NCBI GenBank assembly: GCA_965197725.1
Contig: CBDANQ010000057.1
Span: forward strand, 1 to 64,000
DNA from: Longimicrobiales bacterium
GTDB taxonomy: Bacteria > Gemmatimonadota > Gemmatimonadetes > Longimicrobiales > Gaopeijiaceae
Length of the DNA: 64,000 nucleotides
Direction of reading: 5' to 3'
Within the stretch, counting starts at the first letter, position 1; each line of letters opens with the position of its first letter. The translations under genes were made by a program, and so were the position numbers. The notes beneath the pieces were generated by a model. It ran no database searches and was not told the origin of the DNA. It saw only the letters and a program-made list of their open reading frames with translations. Of this stretch, positions 20,720 to 31,014 are shown piece by piece.

Positions 20720-20814
20720 TAGTGTTCTCCAGTCAAACGAGGTCGGTGTCCCCGGCCCACGAGATCCACCGGGGCATCCAATCTAGTGTCGCGTGGTTGA
20801 AGCGGGGTAGCTAC

Positions 20815-20999
20815 TGCTTGCGCAGTACAACTCGCGCGGGGCGGCCCTCGAGACCAACTTTCGGTTGCGCTGGGAGTTCGAACCGGGCAGCGACCTCTTC
20901 GTTGTCTATACAGACGGGCGCGATACAACCGGACGCGGCTTCTCGCGGTTAGTGAATCGGGGGCTCGCTATCAAGTTCACCCGCTTCTTCCGCTTCTGA
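20815..20999 (+). pseudogene. C-terminal shard of an outer-membrane (DUF5916-like) protein
   Basis: QYNS...NFRLRWEFEPGSDLFVVYTDGRD...NRGLAIKFTRFFRF*. Confidence 0.6.
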
Positions 21000-21240
21000 G
21001 CGAGACGCAAACCTGCCACCCCCTCATGTGGCAGCCGGACATTCTGAGGACCGGAAAGTCAGGTCAGGGGCCGAAACCCTTCAGGCGATCCACGGCTGGG
21101 GCCTGCAAGAGCCTCGAAGGGGTGCTCCTTCGTGTTCCCCAAGCGCAGCGCGCGACCGTCTACTTGATCTTGTTCACGCCCTTCCCTACCCGTCATGTTC
21201 CATCCACGTAAAGTGTCACACCGGCCATGTTAGACCTGGC

Positions 21241-21649
21241 ATGAGCTACCGACTGCTCGCCGACCTCGTACTCGCGCTGCACACGCTCTTCGTGGTATTC
21301 GTCGTCCTGGGCGGGCTGCTGGCACTGCTCTGGCGTCGCGCGGCGTTCGTTCACGTACCGTGCGCCCTTTGGGGAGCGTGGGTCGAGCTGGCGGGCTGGA
21401 TCTGCCCGCTGACTCCTCTCGAGGTCGCCTTGCGCCAGCAGGCCGGTGAGGCCGGCTACGCCGGTGGCTTCCTTGAGCAGTTCCTCGTTCCGATCCTTTA
21501 CCCCGGTGCTCTGACGCGCGGCATCCAGATCGGGCTCGGCTGCGGCGTGCCTAGTCCTCAACGTCGCCATCTACGCGGTCGTGACGCGGCGGTGGAGGCG
21601 CTCGCGGATGAACGACACCGCAGCAATGGAGGACTATCATAATGAGTGA
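21241..21649 (+). CDS. DUF2784 family membrane protein, frameshift ~21550
   Basis: ADLVLALH...GWICPLTPLEVALR...GGFLE...ILYP. Confidence 0.8.
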
Positions 21650-21820
21650 AGAAACCACCGAGGACCCACGCACGACCGTCTGGAAGAATCGTTCCGCAAG
21701 CCGCTCCCGCTGGAGGGCGGTCGATGCGTTGACCATCGACGATCGCGGACAGCGTGCCCGAAGTGACTCTGCCACGAGCGGCTCGCTCTTCGCATCTTCA
21801 TGGCAGCACGCGTCGCTCGG

Positions 21821-24736
21821 CTAAGGTCCGGTGAAGGAGGCTGGCCGGGCAAGGCGAAGTGCCCGGCAGAGCACCTCGGCAGGATGCAGCGCGACCCGCC
21901 CAGTTCCGTCCAGAATCTGCGCCCGGCAGCTGGTTCCCGGCGCGACGATCAGCGTGTCGTCATGCTGCTCGCGCACAGCGGGCAGGAGGTCTAGCTCGCC
22001 CATCTGCATCGAGATGTCGAAGTGTTCGGCGTGGTATCCGAACGCGCCCGCCATGCCGCAGCAGCCCGACTCGATCGCAGCGACTTCCAGCCCGGGCATG
22101 CGGCCGAGCAGCCGCACGGTGGCCTCCGCGGCACCCGCCGCTTTTTGATGGCAGTGGCAGTGGACTGCCGCGCGGCGTGGCGTGTTGGCGAATGGGAGCG
22201 TCGCCCCGCCCGCCAAGTCCGAGTCCACCGCTTCCTCGAAGAGCGAGAGGCTGTCGGCGACCAGACGGGCTTCGTCCGACGGCACCAGGCGCGGCACTTC
22301 GTCCCGCACGGTGAAGACACAACTCGGCTCCAGCCCCACGATGCGGACGCCCAGGCTCGCGTACGGGTGCAAGTGCGCGACTAGCCGCTCAGCTTCCCGG
22401 CGGGCCTCGTCGAGCATGCCGGAGCTCAAGTAGGTGCGCCCGCAGCACAGCGGGCGGCCGTCCGCAGGGAAGCAGCCTCCGATCGAATCCCGTGTACGTG
22501 CCAGCACGTCGTATGCCGCACGCGCGACATTCGGTTCGAACCAGCGCGTGAACGTGTCGACGAAGAGCAAAGTGTCGGCGAACGGGTCTTCGCTGGGCTC
22601 CCAGGTGCCGATCTTACGATCGTGCCAGGGCCGCTTCGCCCAGCGAGGAAGGGAGCGGTGCCTGGAGATTCCGAAATGGCGTTCGCCTAGCGCTCGCAGC
22701 ACCCTGCTGCTTCCCGCCGCATTGATCGCCCGTGCCACGCGGCTGAGCCGGGGAGCTTGGCGTGGGAGGTCTGCCAATAGACGCTCCCGCAGCGGGACGC
22801 CGTGGCGTTGGTTCTGGCGATGCTGCCATTCGAGCTTCAGCGCGGCCATGTCGACTCCCGCTGGACACTCGCGCTTGCACCCCTTGCAGGAGATGCAGAG
22901 GGACATCGCGTCGGCCATCTCGGCTGAGTCGAGGCCGTCGTCCCCGAGCTGGCCGGTCATCGCGAGTCGGAGCGCATTGGCGCGTCCACGCGTCGAATGG
23001 CGCTCGTCCCCCGTGGCGCGGAACGAGGGGCACATCACCCCCGGGTCGGACTTGCGGCACGCCCCGTTGTTGTTGCACGCCTCCACCGCGCCGAGCAGTC
23101 CTCCCTCGGTCGACCAATCGAGCACCACGGGGAGCTCGCGCGTGAGACCATACCCTGGCGCGTACCGGAACAGGGTCCGGTCGTCCATGCGCGGTGGGTC
23201 GACGATGTTGCCCGGGTTCATGAGCCCGTTCGGATCGAGCGTCTTCTTCACGTCCGCGAAGAGCCTGGCCATGCGCTCGCCGAGCATCGACTCGAGGAAC
23301 TCGGAGCGGAGCCGGCCGTCTCCGTGTTCTCCCGAATGTGTGCCGCCGTACTCACGCACGACTTCGTGTGTCTCCTCAGCGATGGCTCGCATGCGCCGCA
23401 CATCGTCGGGGTCACGGAGGTTGAGCGCCGGACGCACGTGCAGGCAACCGACCGAGGCGTGGGCGTACCACGTGCCTGTCGCGTCGTGCCTACCGAAGAT
23501 CTCCTCGATTCGGCGCGCGTACTCCGAGAGGTTCTCGAGCGGCACCGCGCAGTCTTCGATGATCGAGATCGGCTTCCGCGGGCCCGCCATCGACATCACG
23601 ATGTTCAGGCCCGCCTTGCGGACGCTCCACACGGCTGCCTGCTCGGCCGGCGTCTCCGCTCGGACGACGCTCTGGGGAAATCCGAGCGAGCCGAGTAGCT
23701 GCTCGAGCTCGGCGAGTTTGCCACCCAGATCGGCACCTGGGGCCTCGTCGGAGAACTCGACGAGCAGAAGCGCCTTCGGGGCACCTCGCACGAAGCTTCG
23801 CATCGCGGTGCGGTAGTCGGGATGCGCGGCCGCGAGCTCGAGCACGTTCTGGTCGACGAGCTCCACCGCGCTGGGTCCCAAGCCAACGATGTGCTGGACC
23901 GCGTCCAACGCCTCGAGCAGACCACCGAAGTGGCAGACGCCGAGCGCGCGCGTTCCAGGGAGAGGCTTCAGCCGCACCCGCAGCCGGGTGAAGAACGCCA
24001 GCGTCCCCTCGGATCCGACGAGCAGGTGCGCGAGGTTTTCTTTCTCGGGTTCGAGCCGGTCCACGTTGTATCCGGCGACATTCCGCAGAGTTCGGGGAAT
24101 GCGACGAGCGATCTCTTCGGCGTCGCGGGCGTAGAGCCCTCGTAGCGCGGCGAGCTCGTCGGGCATGGCCTCGGCTTCGTTGCCGCCTTCACCGAGCCAG
24201 AGTCGCCGACCATCGGGTAGCACGGCCTCCACTGCAGCCACGTTGTCGACCATCATTCCGTAGAGGAGAGACCGCGCGCCGGCGCTGTTGTTGCCCGCCA
24301 TGCCGCCGAGCGTGGCGCGATTGCCGGTGGACGGGTCGACAGGGAACCAGAGGTGCGTCGATGCGAGACCGCTGTTGAGCTGGTCGAGCACGACGCCCGG
24401 CTCGACCTCGATTTCACCGTCCACGACCGGGCCAACACGGGTGAGGTGCCGGCTCACGTCCGCTACGATCGCGCGGCCGACCGTCTGCCCACACTGGGAC
24501 GTGCCGCCCCCGCGCGGGAGAACCGGCACACTTGCCTCACGCGCGACCCGAAGGACCGACTCGACATCTTCCGCCGACTCCGGGAAGACCACGCCCAGAG
24601 GCTCGATCTGGTAGTGCGACGCGTCGGTCGCGTACAAGCCCCGCGTGAAGGCGTCGAAACGTACCTCGCCCCGAAGTGCGTCGCGGAGGTTGCGTTCTAG
24701 TCCCGGATCGCCCGGAGCGATGTGGGTCTCTGGCAT
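21821..24736 (-). CDS. FAD-binding / (Fe-S)-binding oxidoreductase (GlcD-GlcF/YdiJ-like fusion)
   Basis: PRGGGTSQCGQ, GSEGTL, SGEHGDG, CNNNGAC, CISCKGCKRECP and CCG motifs. Confidence 0.9.
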   Translation of the reverse strand: MPETHIAPGDPGLERNLRDALRGEVRFDAFTRGLYATDASHYQIEPLGVVFPESAEDVESVLRVAREASVPVLPRGGGTSQCGQTVGRAIVADVSRHLTRVGPVVDGEIEVEPGVVLDQLNSGLASTHLWFPVDPSTGNRATLGGMAGNNSAGARSLLYGMMVDNVAAVEAVLPDGRRLWLGEGGNEAEAMPDELAALRGLYARDAEEIARRIPRTLRNVAGYNVDRLEPEKENLAHLLVGSEGTLAFFTRLRVRLKPLPGTRALGVCHFGGLLEALDAVQHIVGLGPSAVELVDQNVLELAAAHPDYRTAMRSFVRGAPKALLLVEFSDEAPGADLGGKLAELEQLLGSLGFPQSVVRAETPAEQAAVWSVRKAGLNIVMSMAGPRKPISIIEDCAVPLENLSEYARRIEEIFGRHDATGTWYAHASVGCLHVRPALNLRDPDDVRRMRAIAEETHEVVREYGGTHSGEHGDGRLRSEFLESMLGERMARLFADVKKTLDPNGLMNPGNIVDPPRMDDRTLFRYAPGYGLTRELPVVLDWSTEGGLLGAVEACNNNGACRKSDPGVMCPSFRATGDERHSTRGRANALRLAMTGQLGDDGLDSAEMADAMSLCISCKGCKRECPAGVDMAALKLEWQHRQNQRHGVPLRERLLADLPRQAPRLSRVARAINAAGSSRVLRALGERHFGISRHRSLPRWAKRPWHDRKIGTWEPSEDPFADTLLFVDTFTRWFEPNVARAAYDVLARTRDSIGGCFPADGRPLCCGRTYLSSGMLDEARREAERLVAHLHPYASLGVRIVGLEPSCVFTVRDEVPRLVPSDEARLVADSLSLFEEAVDSDLAGGATLPFANTPRRAAVHCHCHQKAAGAAEATVRLLGRMPGLEVAAIESGCCGMAGAFGYHAEHFDISMQMGELDLLPAVREQHDDTLIVAPGTSCRAQILDGTGRVALHPAEVLCRALRLARPASFTGP

Positions 24737-24836
24737 GTGGATGGGTGTCGGGGCGTGAGGGACCGTGTAAGTTGGGCGTTCCCGTCGGCGGCAAGCTACG
24801 CTGAGCCGTTCAAGGTCGCACACGACTCCCACTACC

Positions 24837-26018
24837 GTGACGTACAAGAGCGGACGCCACTTCCTGCAACTACCCGGCCCTACCAACGTGCCGGAGCGTG
24901 TTCTGCGCGCGATGTCACGGCCAACGATCGACCACCGCGGGCCCGAGTTTCAGGCCCTCACGGAACGAGTGCTGACCGAGCTGAAGTGGATGTTTCGAAC
25001 CGAACACCCGGTTCTGATCTACCCGTCGCCGGCGACGGGTGCCTGGGAAGCTGCGCTGACCAACACGCTGTCGCCCGGGGACCGGGTATTGTCCTTCGAC
25101 CAGGGCTTCTTCGCCGGAAAGTGGGCGACGGTCGCCGAGCACTTCGGGCTCGACGTGCAGCGCGAGTCGTGGGAGCCCCGTTGGGGTATCACGGCAGACG
25201 CGGTGATCGACGCTCTGCGCGCTGACACACAGCAGGCGATCAAGGCGGTCCTCGTGGTGCACAACGAGACCTCGACGGGGGTCACGAGCGATGTGGAAGC
25301 CATCGGAACCGCGATGCGTGAGTCCGAGCACCCGGCGCTGCTTTTCGTCGATACCGTATCGTCTCTGGCCGTGACCGAGTTCCGCCACGACGACTGGGGC
25401 ATCGACGTCACGGTGACAGGGTCACAGAAGGGGCTGATGCTTCCCCCCGGCCTCTCGTTCGTCGCCACCGGGCCGCGCGCGCTCGAGGCCCATCGGACGG
25501 CAAAGCTGCCGCGGTCCTACTGGGACTGGGATGATCAGCTCACCTGCAATGAGCGCGGTTTCTTCCCGTACACGCCTGCGACCAACCTGCTCTATGCGCT
25601 GGACGAAGCGCTGAAGATGCTGCGTGAAGAAGGTCTAGAGCGCGTATTCGCCCGTCACGCGCGCTGGGCGGAGGCCACGCGCGCAGCGGTCGCCACATGG
25701 GGCCTCGAGGTGTTCGCCTTGCATGCTGCGGAAGCGAGCAAGGCCCTCACCGCCGTCATCGTGCCGGACGGATCGGATGCGGACGCGCTGCGGGCGACCA
25801 TCCTGGAGCGCTTCGACATGTCGCTCGGCACCGGTCTCGGCAAATTGAAAGGAGAAGTCTTCCGGATCGGGCACCTGGGAGATCTGAATGCTCTCACGCT
25901 CTTGGGTACGCTCGGTGGCGTGGAGATGGGTCTCGAACTCGCGGGCGTCCCACATGACAGTGGAGGCGTTGCTACGGCGATGGAGTTCCTGATGAGGGAA
26001 GAGGGAGTGGGCATCTGA
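24837..26018 (+). CDS. Class V PLP aminotransferase (serine/alanine-glyoxylate type)
   Basis: GRHFLQLPGPTNVP, HNETSTGV, GSQKGLMLPPG, FRIGHLG. Confidence 0.92.
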   Translation: MTYKSGRHFLQLPGPTNVPERVLRAMSRPTIDHRGPEFQALTERVLTELKWMFRTEHPVLIYPSPATGAWEAALTNTLSPGDRVLSFDQGFFAGKWATVAEHFGLDVQRESWEPRWGITADAVIDALRADTQQAIKAVLVVHNETSTGVTSDVEAIGTAMRESEHPALLFVDTVSSLAVTEFRHDDWGIDVTVTGSQKGLMLPPGLSFVATGPRALEAHRTAKLPRSYWDWDDQLTCNERGFFPYTPATNLLYALDEALKMLREEGLERVFARHARWAEATRAAVATWGLEVFALHAAEASKALTAVIVPDGSDADALRATILERFDMSLGTGLGKLKGEVFRIGHLGDLNALTLLGTLGGVEMGLELAGVPHDSGGVATAMEFLMREEGVGI

Positions 26019-26995
26019 TGCGGAACCACGGACGGTACCTCGCAGCCTTACTCCTCTTCACGGCGTGCGCCGCAGAGGGCGGAGGCCCCCGCGAGCTGAA
26101 GTTCGGGCACGTAGGCGAACCGGGATCGCTCTTCGCGCTATCCGCGGAGGAGTTCGCCCGCCGTGCCAACGAGCGCCTCGCCGACTACGAGGTCGTCGTG
26201 TACGGGTCGAGCCAACTCGGGGGCGACGAGCTGTTGCTGCAAAAGATCAAGCTCGGCACCGTGGAGTTCGCGCTGCCGTCTACGGTGATGTCTTCGCAGA
26301 TCGATGAGTTCGGACTCTTCGAGATGCCATATCTCGTACAAGATCGAACCCACATGCGCGCAATCGAAGAAGCAGTTGTGTGGCCCGATCTCGCGCCCCT
26401 CGCCGAGGCCGCCGGCTACCGTGTCATCGCCGTGTGGGAAAACGGATTCCGGCACGTGACCAACAACACGCGACCCATCGTGCGGCCCGACGACCTGGCC
26501 GGAGTCAAACTACGCACGCCGCGCGGCGTGTGGCGGGTCAAGCTCTTCCAGGAGTTCGGTGCCAACCCGACGCCGATGGCGCTCTCCGAGGTCTTCATCG
26601 GCTTGCAGACTGGAGTGATCGACGGACAGGAGAACCCGCTCGCGCAGATCTGGGGCTCGAAGCTCCACGAGGTGCAGGAATACCTCTCGCTGACCGGGCA
26701 CGTCTACACTCCCGGGTATGTGGTCGTCTCGCCCTCCGGTTGGGATCGGCTGCCGGCCAGCATCCGCGGCATTCTCGAGGAGGAGGCGAAGGCGACGCAG
26801 GAGTTCGTGCACGAGACCGCGACACGCCTGGATGCCGCACTGCTCGACCAGATGCGCGAGGCCGGCGTGCTCGTGAACACCCCGGAGCGCGGTCCTTTCG
26901 AGCGTTCCAGTGCGGCGATCTACGACGAGTTCGCGCGGACCGTCGAGGGTGGCGGTGATCTCGTCGAGCGGGCCAGTGCTGCGGGATCCAACTGA
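26018..26995 (+). CDS. dctP: TRAP substrate-binding lipoprotein
   Basis: Lipobox FTA-C; ENGFRH, KLRTP, LQTGVIDGQENP. Confidence 0.92.
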   Translation: MRNHGRYLAALLLFTACAAEGGGPRELKFGHVGEPGSLFALSAEEFARRANERLADYEVVVYGSSQLGGDELLLQKIKLGTVEFALPSTVMSSQIDEFGLFEMPYLVQDRTHMRAIEEAVVWPDLAPLAEAAGYRVIAVWENGFRHVTNNTRPIVRPDDLAGVKLRTPRGVWRVKLFQEFGANPTPMALSEVFIGLQTGVIDGQENPLAQIWGSKLHEVQEYLSLTGHVYTPGYVVVSPSGWDRLPASIRGILEEEAKATQEFVHETATRLDAALLDQMREAGVLVNTPERGPFERSSAAIYDEFARTVEGGGDLVERASAAGSN

Positions 26996-27005
26996 CTAGA
27001 CCGCG

Positions 27006-27509
27006 GTGAACCTCGACAAGGCGCGGCAGGGCCTACGGTCGCTGCTCGAAGCGCTCGTGCTGGTCCTGATGATCTCGCTCGCGGTGGTCGTCGTGGTGGG
27101 GGTCGGATTCCGAAAGGCCGGTGCATCGCTCGTCTGGTACGACGAGGTCGCGTCTCTCATGCTCGCGTGGCTCACGTACTACGGAGCCGCGTTGGCGGCG
27201 CTGCACCGGGGACACATCGGCATGCCGACGCTCGTGGACCGCCTCTCTCGAAGGGCGCGTAGGGCGGTGGTGCTGGTAGGGGAAGTGTGCGTTCTCGTGT
27301 TCTTCGTCGTGCTCGCGGGTGCCAGCGTGCGGGTGCTCACCGTGCTCGGCGGAACGACACTCGTATCGCTCCCGTGGTTTCCGATCGCTGTGGCCCAGTC
27401 GGTCATCCCCATCGGAGCGGTGCTCTTCATCGCCGCGCAGCTGCTGGCACTGCCGCAGGCCCTCGCACAGCCCGCACGGCAGGATTCTGAGCCGGAGGAG
27501 CGTACGTGA
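27006..27509 (+). CDS. dctQ: TRAP small permease
   Basis: Four TM helices, WYDE...GAAL...HI; lies between dctP and dctM. Confidence 0.9.
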   Translation: MNLDKARQGLRSLLEALVLVLMISLAVVVVVGVGFRKAGASLVWYDEVASLMLAWLTYYGAALAALHRGHIGMPTLVDRLSRRARRAVVLVGEVCVLVFFVVLAGASVRVLTVLGGTTLVSLPWFPIAVAQSVIPIGAVLFIAAQLLALPQALAQPARQDSEPEERT

Positions 27510-28792
27510 GCCTGCTCGGCATCGGCCTCATTCTGTTCGCGCTCGTGCTCATCGGCGTGCCGATCGCGGTCTCGCTCGGGCTCGCCGCGTTGGTGGCCAT
27601 GGTGATGGGCCCGGGAGGAGTGGCGTCGTTGCCCAACGCGGCGCTCGTGATGTACAGCGGTGCGACGTCGTTCCCGCTCATCGCGATCCCGCTCTTCATT
27701 CTCGCCGGCGCGATCATGAACGCGTCTGGCATCAGTCGGCGGCTGATCGACTTCGCGTCTTCTTTGGTCGGCTTCATCCGCGGCGGGCTGTCGATGGTGA
27801 CGATCAGCGCATCGCTCTTTTTCGCGGAGATCAGCGGCTCGGCGGTCGCGGACGTCGCGGCGTTGGGCTCGATTCTCATCCCTGCGATGGAGAGAAGAGG
27901 ATACTCCCGGGCCTTCGCGGCCGCGGTGACGTCTTCGTCCGCGACGCTCGCAGTGATCATCCCGCCGTCGATCCCGATGATCCTGTACGGGGTCATGTCG
28001 GGCAGCTCCATCGTCGAGCTGTTCGTCGCGGGCATCATTCCGGGCGTGCTCGGCGGGCTGATGATGATGTTCGTCGCGTACCTGCTCGCGCGTCGGTACG
28101 ACTTCCCTCGGGAGCAGATGTTCCAGCTGGAGCGCGTGTGGTCGACATGCAAGGAAGCGGCCTGGGCACTCACGCTCCCGATCATCATCCTGGGTGGCAT
28201 CTTCGGCGGATGGGTGACCGCGACCGAAGGCGCGGGCCTCGCGGTCGTAGCCTCCGTGTTCATTGGCGGCGTCGTCTACCGCGAGCTCAGTTGGTCCAAC
28301 CTTCGCCAGGCGATTCTCGAGGGCGGCACGCAGACCGCGGTGGTCATGCTACTCGTCGCGGCTTCGGCATTGCTCGGCGACTACCTCACCGAGGTGCGCG
28401 CCCCGCAGCGAGTCGCCGAGGGTATCATGGGGCTGACTCAGGACCGATGGGCAATCCTGCTTCTGCTGAACGTCTTCTTTCTGGTGGTCGGCCTCTTCCT
28501 CCACTCTGCCGCGGCGATCATCCTCGTGGTCCCGATCGTGATGCCGCTCGTCCAGGCGGCCGGCATCGACCCCGTGCACTTCGGGCTCGTCGTAACGCTC
28601 AACCTGGGCATCGGCCAGCAGACGCCGCCCGTCGCGTCGGTACTCGTGACCGCTTGCTCGGTCGCGAAGGCGGACATCTGGGAGGTGAGCAAGGTGAACG
28701 TGTACTTCGTCGCGGTGTTGCTCGCCGTACTCTTGCTCGTAACCTACGTCCCTGTGATTCCCATGGTTTTAGTCGAGATGTTCTACCGATGA
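27506..28792 (+). CDS. dctM: TRAP large permease
   Basis: AIPLFILAG, ISGSAVAD, IIPPSIPMILYG, GIDPVHFG, TPPV. Confidence 0.93.
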   Translation: MSLLGIGLILFALVLIGVPIAVSLGLAALVAMVMGPGGVASLPNAALVMYSGATSFPLIAIPLFILAGAIMNASGISRRLIDFASSLVGFIRGGLSMVTISASLFFAEISGSAVADVAALGSILIPAMERRGYSRAFAAAVTSSSATLAVIIPPSIPMILYGVMSGSSIVELFVAGIIPGVLGGLMMMFVAYLLARRYDFPREQMFQLERVWSTCKEAAWALTLPIIILGGIFGGWVTATEGAGLAVVASVFIGGVVYRELSWSNLRQAILEGGTQTAVVMLLVAASALLGDYLTEVRAPQRVAEGIMGLTQDRWAILLLLNVFFLVVGLFLHSAAAIILVVPIVMPLVQAAGIDPVHFGLVVTLNLGIGQQTPPVASVLVTACSVAKADIWEVSKVNVYFVAVLLAVLLLVTYVPVIPMVLVEMFYR

Positions 28793-29571
28793 GCGAGAGA
28801 GTACGTACGGAGGTCGAGGGACGGATCGCCGAGGTTTGTCTCGACGCGCCCGAGAAGCACAACTCGCTCGATCGGGATGACTGGCACGCTCTCGCCGGAG
28901 CTATGGAGGAGTTGTCGGCACGGGCCGACCTGGGATGCGTCGTAGTACGGGGCAGTGGCGGTCGTGCGTTTTCAGCGGGCTCCGACGTCTCGGCCTTCGC
29001 GAGCCAGCGTGACACGCCGGAGGATGTGCGCGCATACTCCGACGCGATCGCCGGCGCGATGCGCGCCGTTCGAGACTGCCCGCATCCGACGCTCGCGGTC
29101 ATCGAGGGACTGTGCGTCGGCGGCGGCCTGGAGATCGCCGCGTGCTGTGACGTACGTATCTGCGAGGCCTCGAGCCGCTTCGGAGCGCCCATCAACCGCC
29201 TCGGCCTCACCATGTCGCACGCAGAGCTACAGCCTCTGCTCGCGCTGCTGAGTCCGGGCACGGTGCTCGATATCTTGCTCACCGGTGACTTGATGGCCGC
29301 GGACCACGCGCGGCGCGTCGGGCTCGTGAACCGCGTCGTGCCGGATGGGAAGGTCGTGGCTGCGGGCCTCGATCTCGCCAACCGGATTGCGGCTGGAGCT
29401 CCGCTGGTGAACCGGTGGCACAAGGAGTTCATTCGCCGCCTCGCAGATCCGACGCCCTTGAGCGATGCCGAGCGGGACGAGGCTCTCGAAGCGTTTGGGA
29501 CCGCCGACTACCGTGAGGGGCGGAGGGCGTTCCTGGAAAAACGTGACCCCGACTTCCGGGGCGAGCGATGA
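28789..29571 (+). CDS. Enoyl-CoA hydratase/isomerase family protein
   Basis: AFSAGSD, GLCVGGGLEIAACCDVR, DYREGRRAFLEKR. Confidence 0.9.
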   Translation: MSERVRTEVEGRIAEVCLDAPEKHNSLDRDDWHALAGAMEELSARADLGCVVVRGSGGRAFSAGSDVSAFASQRDTPEDVRAYSDAIAGAMRAVRDCPHPTLAVIEGLCVGGGLEIAACCDVRICEASSRFGAPINRLGLTMSHAELQPLLALLSPGTVLDILLTGDLMAADHARRVGLVNRVVPDGKVVAAGLDLANRIAAGAPLVNRWHKEFIRRLADPTPLSDAERDEALEAFGTADYREGRRAFLEKRDPDFRGER

Positions 29572-30773
29572 TGGCACCGCTCTCCGGTATCCAAGTCATC
29601 GAGCTCGCGCATATCATGGCGGGACCGGTGTGCGGGCTGATGCTCGGAGATATGGGCGCCGATGTCGTGAAGGTCGAGAGGCTGCCCGACGGCGACAGTA
29701 GCCGCGCCTTCCTGCCCCCCGATGTGCGTGGCGAGTCGGCGGCGTTCATGATGCTCAACCGCGGGAAGCGTGGCCTGGCTCTCGACCTACGCGCGGAAGA
29801 AGGCCGGTCGCTCGTCCGCCGCCTGGTCTCGAGCGCCGACGTGATCATCGAGAACTTTCGGGCGGGTACCATGGAGCGAATGGGCCTGGGCTACGACCAG
29901 CTGTCGGCGCTGAATCCACGACTCATTTACTGCCAGATCACGGGCTACGGTCGCACCGGGCCTCTCTCGAGCCAGGGCGGCTTCGATCTGATCGCCCAGG
30001 GATACGCGGGCCTCATGAGCGTGACCGGCGAGGGGCCGGGACGCGCGCCCGTGAAGGTCGGTATGCCCGTGACGGACATCACTGCGGGGACGCTCGCCGC
30101 GTTCGGCGTCGTCTCCGCCTTGTTGGAGCGCGAACGAACAGGTAAGGGGCAGCGCGTCGATACGTCGCTTTTCGAGGCCGCCATCAGCCAGACGTATTGG
30201 CAGAGTGCGATCGCGCTCGCCAGCGGAGTCTCACCCGGCCCGATGGGCTCGGCGCATCCGCTCACAGCTCCATATCAGGCGTTTCCCACCCGCGACGGAT
30301 GGGTCAACGTCGGCGCCTTTACCGAAGCGACGTGGACCCGCCTAACAGAGGCGCTGAACGCACCGGAGCTCAGGGAGGACGACCGATTCCGGACCAACGC
30401 CGATCGCATGGCGAATCTAGACGAGCTCGTGCGCGTGCTTGCCCCGCACTTCCTCGAGCGGTCGACGGACAGCTGGTTGGAACGCTTGGAGGATGCCCGA
30501 GTGCCAGCCGGACCGGTAGCCTCCGTCGGCGAGATGCTCGAGCACCCTCAGACGCTCGCACGGGATATGGTGGTCGAGGTCGAGCACAAGGAGGTCGGCA
30601 GGGTCCGCTCGTTGGGCACGCCCGTGAAGATGTCCGCGTCGACGCTTGAGTCCGGGGTGGGAATGCGGCCCGGCGCGCCCACGCTCGGGCAGCACACGCG
30701 TGAAGTGATGCTCGAAGCGGGATTTCGTGACGTCGAAGTCGATCGGCTGATGGCGGCCGGGGTGGTGCGCTAG
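29568..30773 (+). CDS. CaiB/BaiF class III CoA-transferase
   Basis: AGPVCG...GADVVKVE, NRGKR, ENFRAG, GYGRTGP, GFDLIAQG. Confidence 0.93.
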   Translation: MMAPLSGIQVIELAHIMAGPVCGLMLGDMGADVVKVERLPDGDSSRAFLPPDVRGESAAFMMLNRGKRGLALDLRAEEGRSLVRRLVSSADVIIENFRAGTMERMGLGYDQLSALNPRLIYCQITGYGRTGPLSSQGGFDLIAQGYAGLMSVTGEGPGRAPVKVGMPVTDITAGTLAAFGVVSALLERERTGKGQRVDTSLFEAAISQTYWQSAIALASGVSPGPMGSAHPLTAPYQAFPTRDGWVNVGAFTEATWTRLTEALNAPELREDDRFRTNADRMANLDELVRVLAPHFLERSTDSWLERLEDARVPAGPVASVGEMLEHPQTLARDMVVEVEHKEVGRVRSLGTPVKMSASTLESGVGMRPGAPTLGQHTREVMLEAGFRDVEVDRLMAAGVVR

Positions 30774-31014
30774 CCTAGCCAGCGGTCTGGCTCCACCGCC
30801 GAGCCTCGGCACACGAGCCGCTCTTCAGACGAGCCGCCAGAACTCCCCGCTCAAGCCGACCACGTCCATGATCGCCTGGCCCGCTTCGGCGCTGCGGCCT
30901 CGCCATTCCGAAGCCAGACGGTCCGCATACCAGAGCGTCACGAGCGCCATATCTGGGCTAGGTCGACCGTGCGGCACTTCCGGTGCTTCATCTCATCCTC
31001 TTCGTCCGATATCG

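Noticed and set aside
22434..23816. Long antisense and alternate-frame ORFs (also 39174-40352, 40853-42211, 46132-47604)
   Set aside because: Shadow ORFs of real genes, typical of high-GC DNA, with no motifs
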